This document shows positions 49,301 to 60,900 of a stretch of DNA of 64,000 nt, piece after piece; position 1 is the first letter of the stretch, and each line of letters starts with the position of its first letter. Origin of the DNA: Azolla caroliniana (lineage: Eukaryota > Plantae > Polypodiophyta). The notes under the pieces were generated by a model. The model was not told where the DNA came from, made no database searches, and was given only the letters and a program-made list of their open reading frames with translations. A program made the translations under genes and the position numbers. The DNA lies in NCBI GenBank assembly GCA_043228905.1, contig JBHGNT010000007.1, positions 4,526,001 through 4,590,000 on the forward strand, given 5' to 3'.

Positions 49301-51799
49301 CCGGCAAGGGACCGGTTATCACTCGAGGATCCGGCCGAAGACGGTGAAGAAACAGAACCGGCCGAAGAAGATGAAAATGAAACCGGAACCGGCCCCGATC
49401 CCGAAATGGATTCGGATGAAGAAGAATCGGAAGAACCGGTTACCGAAGCTCCGGAACGGAGATATCCTCTAAGAGAGAGAAGGGCCCCCCGGAGATTTCC
49501 GGAACCAGAGCACGTGCTGCTAACCGACGAGGGGGAGCCGGAGAGCTTTGAAGAAGCAAAGCATGACACCCAGAGCCGCAGGTGGTTGAGTGCCATGCAG
49601 GACGAGATGGATTCCCTGCATGAGAACCACACATATGAACTTGTGGAGTTGCCGAAAGGAAAGCGGGCACTACGAAACAAGTGGGTGTTCAAGCTGAAAC
49701 CGGGAGATGCCGGAAACCCCCCGAGATACAAAGCCAGGATCGTGGTGAAGGGGTTTCAGCAGAAGAAGGGCGTCGACTTCGACGAGATATTTGCCCAGGT
49801 AGTGAAGATGACCTCCATCCGTACGGTGCTGAGCATAGCGGCAAGCATGGACCTCGAGGTAGAACAGATGGACGTGAAGACGGCATTCCTTCACGGTGAC
49901 CTCGAAGAAGAGATCTACATGCAGCAACCGGAAGGATTCGAGAAGAAAGGGAAGGAGCACCTGGTATGCCGGCTGAAGAAGAGCCTTTATGGACTGAAGC
50001 AGGCTCCCTGGCAATGGTACCGGAAGTTCGACTCTTTCATGACCGACGAAGGGTACCACAAAACGCAGTCCGATCACTGCGTGTTTGTGAAGAAGTTCGA
50101 AGGAGGAGACTTTCTAATACTCCTCCTGTACGTGGACGACATGTTGATCGTCGGACGGGACCAGGTCAAGATACGGATGCTGAAGAAGGCTCTTCACCGA
50201 ACCTTCTCAATGAAGGACTTGGGTCCGGCGAGACAAATACTAGGGATGCACATCATCCGGGACCGGAAGAAGAAGCAATTGTGGCTGTCACAGGAGAAGT
50301 ACGTGACAAAGGTGCTTCACCGGTTCAACATGTCGGAAGCAAGACCGGTCGGGTCAACTCTCCCGGCAAACTGCAAGTTGTCCAGCAAGCAAAGCCCCAA
50401 GACAAAGGCTGAGAAGGAGGATATGATGAAAGTACCATATGCCTCCGCCGTCGGAAGCTTGATGTACGCAATGGTGTGTACAAGACCGGACATTGGATAT
50501 GCAGTCGGAGTGGTGAGCCGGTACATGAGCAATCCCGGCAAAGAGCACTGGAACGCGGCCAAGTGGATACTCCGATACCTGAAGGGCACGGCAAACGTGT
50601 GCCTCCGATTCGGCTCCGGTAAGCCCGAACTCGACGGCTTTACCGATTCGGATATGTCGGCTGATGCAGATACCAGCCGGTCCACATCAGGGTATGTGAT
50701 GACGTATGCAGGGGGAGCTGTTTCGTGGCAGTCGAGGCTGCAGAAGACGGTTGCGTTGTCAACCACGGAGGCCGAGTACATGGCGGCTGTTGAAGCCGGC
50801 AAGGAAATAATATGGATGAAGGACTTCATTAGAGAGCTCGGTATCCGGCAAAAGGAGTACCTACTCTACTGCGACAGTCAGAGTGCCATCCACCTTGCGA
50901 AGAACGTGGCCTATCACTCCCGGACGAAGCACATCCAGCGAAGATATCACTGGATCCGGGAAAGGATAGAAGACCAGGAGTTCGTGCTGACGAAGATCCA
51001 CACGGACGAGAACGGGTCAGATATGCTGACCAAAGTGCTCACACCCGACAAGCTGGAAGCATGCCGGAAGAGGATCGGATTGGAGAGACATCCCATGCCG
51101 AAGTGAAGGGGGAGTTTGTTGGGATTACGGTCCCTCCGGATGGGATGTCCGGAGACGAATGACGGCAAGCCCGGTTGCGGTTACGGAACCGGATGATGAA
51201 GAGTACCCGGCATGAAGCCGGATGACGAGTACCCGGATGCGGATGCGGATGATGAAGAGTACCCGGCATGAAGCCGGATGAAGAGTACCCGGATACGGAT
51301 CCGGATGATGAAGACCCCGGTTACGGAGCTGGATGACGAATGTACCCGGAGAGAGATCCGGATGCGGGGACATATTTGTGAATATGTTTGCTAAGAGCCC
51401 TTGAGGCTATATTTGTAAATTGCCCGAAAGTCATATGTGTATAAATATGACTTAGGGCAAACAATTTAAAAGGTTGTTGCTCATTCGTATGCGAAGTGAG
51501 AGCTGCCGAGAGAGAGAGAGAGAGAGAGAGAGACGAAGAGGTCGTTGCCTCTGTGTATTACCGCCGCCTGTGGCGAAGACAGTGAGCTCAAGGTTGTTGC
51601 CTTGTAGCTTCACTAGTGTACATCCCTGTTCATAGTGATAGTTGGAGTTTGAGGACTCCCGTGGTTTTTCCCATTTAGGGTTTTCCACGTAAAACATCCT
51701 GTGTACCTTTCTCTCCATTGTCCTCGTGCACTTTGTATTTCCCGTTTTCTGTGAGTTGATCCTATTCCTCGGTTGTGGCCGAGTCCTGTTTGTTCAACA
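46319..51799 (+). mobile_element. Copia-E: intact, young Tnt1/Tork-like element, 683-bp LTRs (46319-47001, 51117-51799), TSD ACATT
   Basis: LTRs differ at about 3 positions. ACATT at 46314-18 and 51800-04. iMet PBS TGGTATCAGAGC at 47005. PPT GAAGGGGGAG before 51117. Single intact ORF. Confidence 0.97.
47033..51106 (+). CDS. Copia-E Gag-Pol polyprotein (1357 aa)
   Basis: Uninterrupted ORF with CFHCGKPGHFRKNC, VVDSGAS, LWHKRLCH..CTDC, HTDVC/ADNGGEY/GLAERMN, YVDD and RH DSD/EAEY/CDS. Confidence 0.96.
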   Translation: MEGGSSGQPGMMVLNAQNYADWKIKMEDLLIVRDLYEPIDNVEIPKGVIESEWKLLNRKAVATIRQYVDVSVLQHVANDTNAYEMWKKLSGLYERKNALNRTSLMRKIVNLKYRDGENMVEHVSTFMGFVNQLAAIKFPLEDAMQAIILMCTLPESWENLVVTLSTSCTEDNLSLQTVKTSILNEEVRRRDKEPASDSKALLTESERGRHWNRSPQRREKSGTRSQSRGRPTCFHCGKPGHFRKNCRHYRKDNGADDTDSKKSPERNGAYRGATDRRGPDRRGQDRKGTTALAASEEEIMLITEERELNLAGEEMTWVVDSGASFHLTPEKKYFSSYTAGEHGCVRMGNEGTCWIAGIGDVWLMTSTGCKMLLKDVRHVPEVRLNLISAGRLDDEGYTGSIRNGVMKFSKGSLIVARARKVNTLYLMNARLCPEELNVAADTAGELWHKRLCHMSEKGMKRLAEDNLIPVKHVHLEKCTDCLAGKQNRTSFHSRPPTRRSAPLELVHTDVCQVETKSHGGAQYFVTFIDDHSRKLWTAPLKTKDQVLSVFKELHARVERESGKKLKAIRADNGGEYRGQFAEYCRSKGIRLEFTVPKTPELNGLAERMNRTIMERVRSMLAHAKLPKGFWAEAMSTTTYVINRSPSVPLDGDTPQKVWTGKEVSYRHLKVFGCLAYVHVAKDRRGKLDPKTRPCIFLGYGDDEFGYRVWDPVDKKIFRSRDIVFMEDKTLADWESEKKMKSSKSTGEDQLYEEQSRPARDRLSLEDPAEDGEETEPAEEDENETGTGPDPEMDSDEEESEEPVTEAPERRYPLRERRAPRRFPEPEHVLLTDEGEPESFEEAKHDTQSRRWLSAMQDEMDSLHENHTYELVELPKGKRALRNKWVFKLKPGDAGNPPRYKARIVVKGFQQKKGVDFDEIFAQVVKMTSIRTVLSIAASMDLEVEQMDVKTAFLHGDLEEEIYMQQPEGFEKKGKEHLVCRLKKSLYGLKQAPWQWYRKFDSFMTDEGYHKTQSDHCVFVKKFEGGDFLILLLYVDDMLIVGRDQVKIRMLKKALHRTFSMKDLGPARQILGMHIIRDRKKKQLWLSQEKYVTKVLHRFNMSEARPVGSTLPANCKLSSKQSPKTKAEKEDMMKVPYASAVGSLMYAMVCTRPDIGYAVGVVSRYMSNPGKEHWNAAKWILRYLKGTANVCLRFGSGKPELDGFTDSDMSADADTSRSTSGYVMTYAGGAVSWQSRLQKTVALSTTEAEYMAAVEAGKEIIWMKDFIRELGIRQKEYLLYCDSQSAIHLAKNVAYHSRTKHIQRRYHWIRERIEDQEFVLTKIHTDENGSDMLTKVLTPDKLEACRKRIGLERHPMPK

Positions 51800-52119
51800 A
51801 CATTAACTACCTAGTTGTCTAGGTTGCTACTAGCCTTCCGGTTACTGATGGATCCGACTAGCTGGCTCCCCAGCTCACCGGCTCACCGATCCGGCTCATC
51901 CTTCCGATGATGATCCGGCTTAGGCTTATTCAGCCGATTCGGAACCGCTTGAGCTTGCCGCTCAACACTCCCCCTCAAACTTAACTTCAGGTCGGATCGT
52001 GGTGTCAATCTTCGTGGCAGCCGCTCCTTCGACCCGGCTCCTTCTGGAGTCACTCCGCCTTGCTCGTGCCCCTTGTCCGGTCCGGTCCCCTTTGTCGTGA
52101 CCCCTCTGGTTCTGTGCGT

Positions 52120-52830
52120 TGCCGAGAAAATCCTCGCGAATGCATAGAAGTTGGGTAGGACCACGGTGGTCTTGAACCAAGGAATCAAGAAGTGAGGAGG
52201 AAGAGTATGTGGTTTACGTAAGCCCTGAGACCACGGTTAAACAAAGAAGGGTAGCGAAATGAGAGAGAATGTGTAAGAGGATCCTGTGTAGACACAGGCG
52301 GAGACAGAGATGCTGAGTACAACTTGCGTTAGGTAGATAAGTTTCTATTAATACAAACATGCGCGTGGCATTGTGGGTGATTACAACTGGATCAATGTCG
52401 GTGATAGAGCGTCGAGCTCTACAATAGTTAGATACAAAGATACGTAGGCATGCAGAAGGTTGATCCCCTGTCCGGGAGCACTCGGGCGTCTGACGCGAGT
52501 AGGGGAAGCACCTTCCGGTCTTCTGTTGTAGGACTCCTCATTTTTCCTCCTCTCTGTTTCCTTTCTCCTCTCCAAATGACATCCCCTAAATCAATCAAAG
52601 GTCGCCCCTTTTATAGCACGAGCGACCGTTACAGAGCATTCATGACCTGTCCCTCTCCCTTCCTAACACAATGTCTAAATCCCTATTAATGCCTTAACTA
52701 CCTAGTACACCTCTTTCTACCTATGCCTAGTACTTACACTATTAAATTCAGTAGGGGTGTGCACTTGTGCACACCAGTGTTCCTGCGCATTCCACATTGT
52801 TTCCACCTATGGCCTGGAATCTTCACGACA
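52120..52830 (-). mobile_element. Solo LTR (711 bp) of the Gypsy-B/H group, TSD GCGT/GTGT
   Basis: TGCCGAG...TTCACGACA termini. Shares the GGACCACGG.GGTCTTG.ACC motif at about the same offset as the H LTR, and CTTTTATAG (minus-strand TATA). Removal restores Copia-F sequence EVETHRTRG. Confidence 0.8.
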
Positions 52831-54893
52831 GTGTCTCAACCTCCTCGGTCGGCTTGTCTGCTCAACAGGCCCAATTCAACTCCCTCGCTATTGTGACTTC
52901 GGTGCTTGCTAATTCGCCGATTCCTTCGTGTTGGCGTCGACTTTTGCTGCCTTCTCGTCCTCTTGGCCTTGAATTGATCCGGTTCTTCCGAATCCGTCTG
53001 TTGAACCGAATCGACTGTCTCTGATTCGTTCCAGCTCTTGTCCGAATCGGTCGCTCCCAATTCGTCTTCCGGTTCCAGGACCTTCACCACATCGGACCAT
53101 GTCCGGGTCTTGGCCTTCTTCTTCCGGTCGGCCCTGTCCTTCTTGACTCTGCCGCCGCTATCGCTTGTTCCGACTTGTTCAAATGTGTCAACTTCTTTTG
53201 TCGACTCAACTCCTTTCTTCTTCTTGTCTCTTCCTCTATCTATTCTTCCCTCACCGGCGCAATCGGCAGTTTCTTTGCATTTACCCATTCCGGTGCCTTC
53301 GCTCGTTCTCCCCCTAAAGTGTGGCACGTCGAGATGTTGAACACCAAGCATTTTGGTGAAGTGTTGCAACTTGTCCAATCCAAGCGGTTTGGTGAAGATG
53401 TCGGCAACTTGCCGATCCGTATGAACATACCAAAGTTTGACTTCACCGCTCAGGACACGCTCATGCACGAACTGGTAGTGCACTTCTATGTGCTTTGTGC
53501 GAGCATGGAATATGGGATTCTTGGCGAGCTGCATGCTGCTTATGTTGTCACAGTAGATCAGGATCGGGGTCGGCACCTCGATCCGCAGGTCTTGTAGTAG
53601 TCGCCGAAGCCAAATGGCTTCACAAGTGGCAACGGTAGTGCCCCGGTATTCAGCCTCAATGCTCGAAAGGGCCACTGTTGGCTGCTTTTTGCTGCTCCAC
53701 GCAACAACCGCGCTACCAAGGGAAAACATGTAGTCGGAAGTGGACCGGCGATCCGATGCATCGTCGGGCCAATCGACATCGGCGTAGCCGACTAGCTCTT
53801 CGGTTATACCATGCCGGTATAACAGTCCTCGTTCCTTCGTGCCACTCACATATCGCAAAATTTGATGCGCGAACAGAAGGTGCTCCACGGTCGGCTTCTA
53901 CATATATTGGTTGATCATGCCGACCGGATAACTGATGTCGGGTCGGGTGATTGTCAAATATATAAGGCTTCCGATGATTTGTCAAAACCGTTTCTCATCG
54001 CAGGCCGGTCCAGAGTCAGGACAGAGCTTCTGGTTCCGGTCCAGGGGTGTGGAGATCGGTCGGCATTCTATCATGCCGAACTTGCACAACATACTCAACA
54101 CATAGTGTCTTTGTGAGAGCAATATGCCGTCGGGGGTTCGGATCACCTCGATCCTACGGAAGTAGTGAAGGTCCCCCAGGTCCTTCATCTTAAATGCGTC
54201 CGACAGTTGGGACTAGATCATCAACATATAACAAAATGCAAACCAAACCATCCGGACCTTGTCGGATGAACAACGAAGAGTCAGACTTGGAGGCCGCAAA
54301 CCCCATCTTACGCAACCGGTGCGTGATCTTCGCATTCCAAGCTCGGGGGGCTTGCTTCAGCCCATAAAGTGACTTCTTCAGCCGGCATACTGCCGACTTG
54401 TTCATCTTCGACTGGAAATCGAGGGGGTTGGGTCATAAAGACCTCTTCTTCAAGATCGCCTTAAAGAAATGCATTCTTCACGTCCATCTGGTGAAGATAC
54501 CACCCCCTTGCCGCAACAACCGCCAACACCACACGAACCGTCGTCATCTTCGCTACCGGAGCAAAGGTCTCGTCGTAGTCGATTCCGTGGGTCTACGCGA
54601 ATCCCTTCGCCACTAACCGGGCCTTGTGCCAGTTAACCGAACCATCGACATTGTACTTTACCTTCTACACCCACTTACATCCGATCGGTTTACAGTGTCA
54701 GGGAGGGTCAACGAGGTCCCATGTGTCGTTGGCATCAAGTGCCCGCATTTCTTCCTCCATAGGGGCACGCCAATTTGCGTCCCTTGCCGCTTCTGCGTAG
54801 CTCTCCGGCTCACGCACTTCCACCACCTTGGTCATGTACGCATAGTGATGCGCCATGTACTCATTGTACCCGTACCGCTTCACGAGGTTCATC

Positions 54894-57800
54894 TGTTACC
54901 GGCCGGCAAAGGAGTCCAGAGTGTGAAACGAAGGAGTTATTTAATTATTAGGAATGGTTGTATGTAAGCTATTAGTAGTGTGGACGGACGGACCGGAATC
55001 GGTATGTTGTTCCGGATCCGGACTGATCCTGAACAGGTGCGGATGGCACCGTTTTGTACTACAGACCGGAAACCTATTTAAAGGCCCGGATACAATGTAA
55101 TGAGCGGCGGATAATTAATGAAGCTTAGTGTTTTTTTATCTCTCTGTGTTAATTGTCGTTCTGCATTCATTGTTATATCTTACGCGTGTGATTATTAAGG
55201 ATGATCTTGCTAAGTAGCCTAATTAAGTCGGATTAATCGTTGAGTCCAATCCTATTGCCGTAACACCCCTTTGGTGAAGTGTCTTCCGTAGACACCCTGT
55301 GTTAGGCCATTGTCCGGCCCTAAGAGTTAACACAGTTTTTGGCGACCACGATTCCTGTTTTTGCAGCGAACGACGGCACGAATGGATGACTAGATCAACG
55401 CACGACCTGGTTACAGATCGAACTCGACGCCTTGCCGAAAGGCAAAGGAGACGTGAGGCTTTCCAGCAAGCGGCGCAGGAAATTAGAGCGGATCGCTCGT
55501 TTTCCAACGTAATCCGGAGAGTAGCAGAGGAGTCCCTCTGGTTACAGCAAACATCGCACCCAGACGACGGCAGCAGCCTAAGCAGCCTCCAGGAAACCGA
55601 ATCCCTTCTCCAGGCATTGGCAAGCGGAGAAGGCGAATCAGAAGCCTTATCAGCGTATGAATCGGATTCCGAAGGGGAATATAGCGTGCACACGAAATAC
55701 CGTAGCAGCAACGAAACCCCGGGCAGACCGGAGGACGAAGGATCAGACACCTTACCGACACCGGAACCGGAATTGCTAAGGCTGGAACCGCCGAAACCAG
55801 CAGAGGAAGAGCGACCTCCGACACCGGAAGTCGAGGAGTAGAGGCCTCAATCACCAAAAGAAGAGGAAAGACCACCGACGCCGAAAACAAATCAAGAAAG
55901 ACCACCAACGCCGGAGAAAAACCAGGAACGACCACCAACACCGCCAGCCCACACACCAATACCGAACGACGACATGTCGTTCCAGTACTCCAAGTATAGA
56001 GATGATCCGGACGCGGAAGCTCATGTTCACGCCTTTGAACAGACATGGGAAGCAAACCATGTGTCCCAGCGATTGACCCCGGAAGAAGAGGAACGCTCTA
56101 AGATAGCAAAATTTGGCGTCACATTGGAGGGACCGGCAGCGAGATGGCACCGGACGCAGGACCCGTCTACCATCACCACCTTCGCAGATTTAAAAGCTAA
56201 ATTCTTGCATTTTTTCCAAAAGGAGGTGGACCAGACAGTAATGGTGGGCTTATTTTATACCATCCGACAAGAGGTAGGGGAGAGCATTCCCCAGTTTGTC
56301 ATCCGGTTTCAACGGATGCATAGTCAGCTTGCCCGCGCACCCCCGGAGGAGGAATTACGGACTATATTCCTAAATGCGCTCCGGGAACCCCTACGCACGG
56401 TTTGTACGGTAATTGACTTCTGCACAAGTACCATCGACCAGGTCATTGACCGGGTGAGAGAGATGGAAAAGACAAGCTCCTGGCTCACACTGGGAGCACT
56501 CCAATGGGCGTTACCGTCCGATGAAGACCTCCGGTTTCGGCAAGCAATACAGTGCACAACCTGCTTGAATTCCGGACACTCGGCACTAGAATGCACTATG
56601 AGGACGCAATGTGTAATCTGTCAATCCAAGGGCCATATGACGGATAGGTGCGAGTATAATCTATTGAACCGGCAAGCACCGCCCGTCCGACAAATAGAGC
56701 CACGCAGCAGCCAGGATGAACAAGAGGAACGCTGGCGACGAATGGACCGCGACCGACCGGCACAGGATGTCCGGTATGGTGATCGACGGGAGAATGATGT
56801 CCGGTACGGTGATCGGTGGGATAACTACGACCGACATGATAGATATGATCGGTACCGGGATTACAATAGACGATACGAACATTACGACTGGGAACACTCC
56901 CCCGGGTATCGTCAGCAACGGGAGGAATACGGCAGATATAACGACCAACCTCGTCAAGAGTACTGCAATAAGAAGAACTATAACAAAAAACAGCATTTCA
57001 AAAAAGGCAGCTACTCACGGGATCCGGAACAAGGAGCTTCAAGCAGCCAACCGGCCCAAAACCCCGCGCTTACCACGGGACCTGCCTCGGGTACAACAGA
57101 AAATGCCGAATCCAACAATACCTACTGCTACTACTGTCGACAGGAAGGCCATTATAGTAATCAATGCCTGGCGAAGCGCTATGACAAACGACCGGCAGTA
57201 AATATGGTAGTCCCTGAAGTGGCAGATCTGTAGCAGGTGACCACAAGGTCAAAGGGCATGGCCAAGGAATGGGAGACGCAGGAGACCATCCGGAAGCAAG
57301 CGACGGAATGGGTGAAAAAAGAAAACGAGCAAAATGTCACAAACTTACAGCGGCAAAAGGAGAATACCGTAGGGCTTGCCGGCGGCAGTCACTCCGAGAA
57401 CAAGACATGGCCGGCGTTACAAGAATGCCAGATTACGTTGCCACTAGGAAGACTCCTACAACTCGTGCCAAGATTCACGGAAGGACTGAAGACGGCCATG
57501 ACGACAGGAGAATCATCACCGGCACCGGTACTCTTCTCGAATCCGGAGGAGGGACCAACGGTGGTGGACACCAACAGTCCGGTAATCACTGCCATTGTAA
57601 AAGGGAAAGAACTCCCCGGCATAGTTATAGACGGAGGCTCCAGGGTGAATGTAATAAGCCTCCAGACGTGTGATGCCCTGGGAATCCACGAGTGGGAGCC
57701 GTGTCCGTTCTGGTTACGGATGGCCGATACAAGCTCAGTGCGGCCAACAGGATTAATACGAAAATTAGAAGTCACCGTTGGCAGTCATACATTTCACATC

Positions 57801-60800
57801 TCGGCAGTAGTGCTACAATTACAGGCACAAGGCGCATACCTACTATTGTTGGGGCGGCCGTGGTTACCTTCCGGTGAGGAAAAGCTAAGGTACGCATACC
57901 AACACAACCAAGGATGAGCACGGCCAAGGAATGTACACCGTTGTATGCAGAGTGCGTCAACATGCTAGAAGGGTTAGCTGATGAAGAAGAAGCTCAGTAC
58001 TTGCAAGAAAACCCGAAGATCGTACCCCTCTTCGAAATTAACATTGCCGAAGCAGTAGCACCATACTTACCGCAGCCGGAAGAGACTGAAGCAGAACCGG
58101 ATAAAGACGCAATTCGAGAGTTACGGCAAGCGCAGGAAGCGTTGGAACGGGAAATGGCCGTTTCACAGCGCATAAAAGCGTCGCAACTTGAAGAGGTGAA
58201 CCTAGGGACCACGAACGAAGCAAAACCGGTGCACATCGCCAAGGAGATGAAGTCCGAAGACAAAACGGCGATGATCACACTTCTCACGGAATTTCGCGAC
58301 GTGTTTGCCTGGTCATACGAAGACATGTGAGGGCTCGACCCTCAGTTATACCAGCATCAGATTCACTTGAGCAAGGATGCAAAACCAGTGGCACAAAGAC
58401 AGTACCGGATGAATCCCAATTATGCCGCCAAAGTCGAGGAAATCAACAAACTGCTAAGAGTTGGCTTTATCCATCCGGTAAAGAAAGCGACATGGCTGAG
58501 CCCGATCGTAGTCGTACCGAAGAAGAACGGAAAAAATCGAGTTTGTGTGGACTACCGGAAACTCAATGCGGCTACGGTAACGGATGCGTTTCCACTTCCG
58601 TTCACAGATGGAGTGTTGGATGCCGTCGCCGGCCATGAGGTCTATAACTTTCTAGACGGATTCAGCGGGTATAATCAGATCCGGATGCACCCCGACGACC
58701 AAGAGAAAACGGCTTTCGTCACCGAATGGGGGGTGTTTGTGGTCGTGGTGATGATGTTCGGACTCAAAACGGCACCGGCAACATTTCAACGAATCATCAT
58801 GGAAATCTTTGGTGAATATATCCTGGCTTTTATGCAGGTTTTCCTTGACGATTTCGCCGTCTATAGCCGGGAGGAGGACCATTTTCAGCACCTCCGTCTT
58901 TGTCTAGAAAAGTGTAGAGCGTACCGGCTAAGCTTGAATCCGGTGAAGTGTGTATTTGGCGTCCAGTGGAACCTTACTAGGACATATTGTGATCCAGGAA
59001 GGCATTGCAGTCGACCCAGACAAAGTGAAAGCCATCTTAGAAGCACCAGCGCCGGCAACGGCAAAGGCATTGAGCCGGTTCTTAGGCCAGATCCGGTGGC
59101 GCAGCCAGATGCTCCGATATTTGGCCGACCTAGCTACACCGTTGCATGCCGCCGTACATCGGACACCATTCCAGTGGACCGACACCGAGGATAGGGCGTA
59201 TAGGGCCCTCAAGGTACTATTGTCGCAAGCACCGGTAGTGCAACCTCCGACATCGCACTGGGAAAGAATTTCATGTGTTCGTGGACGCCTCCGACATCGC
59301 AATCGGAAGCGTACTGATGCAGCTTACGGAGCCCAAGTGGTACCAGCCAGTGTACTATGCCAGCCGAAAGCTATCCCAAGCGGAACGGAACTACTCTACC
59401 ATGGAATGGGAAGCTCTAGGGATGATCTACAGTGTGACAAAGTTTCGGCATTATTTATTGGGAAGGAAGTTTTCCTTCCATGTAGATCATTCGGCGCTCC
59501 TCTAGCTAGTGTCCAAGGCGTCACTCACCGGTAAGTTGGCTCGGTGGACCTTACTGTTACAGGAATTCGAGTTCGAAATATTCCACCGACCAGGTATACA
59601 ACATGCCGTAGCGGATTATTTAAGATGATTAGAGTCCGGAGAGACGGGCGACGGAGTAGTGGACGAGTTTCCGGATGCAGAGCTGTTTCGAGTCACTACG
59701 GAAACGGCAGTAGATGAGACGGTGGCACAGGAAGACAAGTGGCTCGCAAACATGCACTAGTTTCTGAGCACAGGACTGCCTCCGGAAGAGATGAACCGGG
59801 ACGAAAGGAAATGCCTGGCGGTGCAAAGCCGACATTTCTGCTTACTGCGAGACACACTTTACCACAAGGGCGCGGACGGCATATGGAGACGGGTTGTGTG
59901 CGGCGATGAAAAGGACCTCATACTGAGGGAAGCCCACTGCGGAGTTGCCGGAGGTCACTATGCCGGAGATGCAACGGCCAGGAAAATATGGCAAAGTGGC
60001 CTATGGTGGCCAACGACATTAAGAGATGTTGTACGGTACGCAAAGGAATGTGACCTATGCCAACGAATGGGCCAGCCAACGGAGCAGGCTCGGATGCCAC
60101 ACCAGCCTGTACTACCACTCGAACCATTCCAGAAGTGGGGGCTGGACTTTGTTGGACCGTTCAAACCACTGGCAATAAGAACAAGTAATCGGTACGTCAT
60201 CGTCGCGACGGATTACTACACGAAATGGGTGGAGGCCAAAGCCTTAAGAGACAACACCGCTGCGTCAACGGCAAAATTTCTATACGAGTACATCTGGTGC
60301 CGTTACGGATGCCCAATCGAATTAATAAGCGACCAAGGGGGGCACTTTCTCGGCCAAGTAGTTGAAAGCCTGACGACATTCTATGCTGGTGTCCATAAAC
60401 GGAGCACACCATACTATCCGCAAGCAAACGGGTTACCTAAATCGACGAACAAAACGCTCCAGAATATCCTCCGAAAGATCGTCAACGAAAACCGAACGGA
60501 TTGGGATACCAAGCTACATAGCACACTTTGGGCATACCGGACGGCATATAAAACGAGCTTCCGAACAACACCGTTCCGGTTAGCGTTCGGACTAGAGGCG
60601 GTAATGCCGGTGGAATTCCAAGTACCCAGCTTACGGATCCAGCTACGGGAACGGCTGAACGAGAAGGAGTCAGAGGCAATACGGTTAACAGCGCTGTGTG
60701 AACTCGAGGAACAACGACTGGCAAGCATCCTGCACTTAGAATTGGAACAACGGCGAAGGAAAGCATTTGTCGACCGGCACAGGAAAGGAAATGAAAAAAT

Positions 60801-60900
60801 GTTCGCAATCGGCAAGCCGGTGTTAGTATTTCAGACCCAGATGGGCAAGATGCCGAGAAAACTACGGTTTAGATGGACCGGCCCGTATTGGCTAACACGT
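54894..60900 (+). mobile_element. Gypsy-G: degenerate Athila/Tat/Ogre-like non-chromovirus. 5' LTR at 54894 to about 55332, tRNA-Arg PBS, gag-pol at about 55382-60900, cut by H
   Basis: TGTTA..TAACA LTR and PBS TGGCGACCAC at 55340. gag with three CCHC knuckles, PR VIDGGS, RT FLDD, RH VDAS, IN PFQKWGLDFVGP/YPQANG/WAYRT/GPY. Several in-frame stops and frameshifts. Confidence 0.87.

Larger units (their letters stand above)
46056..54893 (-). mobile_element. Copia-F: 3' part (RT-RH, C-terminal extension, and 3' LTR at 46056-46318 + 51805-51967), interrupted by E, a solo LTR and G
   Basis: LTR end ...CTCAACA at 51967 next to PPT GAGGGGGAG. RT SLYGLKQAPRAW/YVDD and RH GYADVDW..SSIEAEY..CDN..ADIFTK. 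The left LTR terminus is TATA, probably a decayed TGTA (inferred). Confidence 0.8.

Noticed and set aside
52093-52119. Alternative left boundary TGTCGTGA for the solo LTR, a perfect inverted match to its right end
   Set aside because: It gives no TSD. The 52120 boundary gives GCGT/GTGT, matches the motif offset in the H LTR, and restores the Copia-F sequence.
57231-57236. TAG-CAG at the Gypsy-G gag/PR boundary as programmed readthrough
   Set aside because: The element has several other TAG/TGA codons explained by C-to-T decay, so mutation is the simpler explanation.
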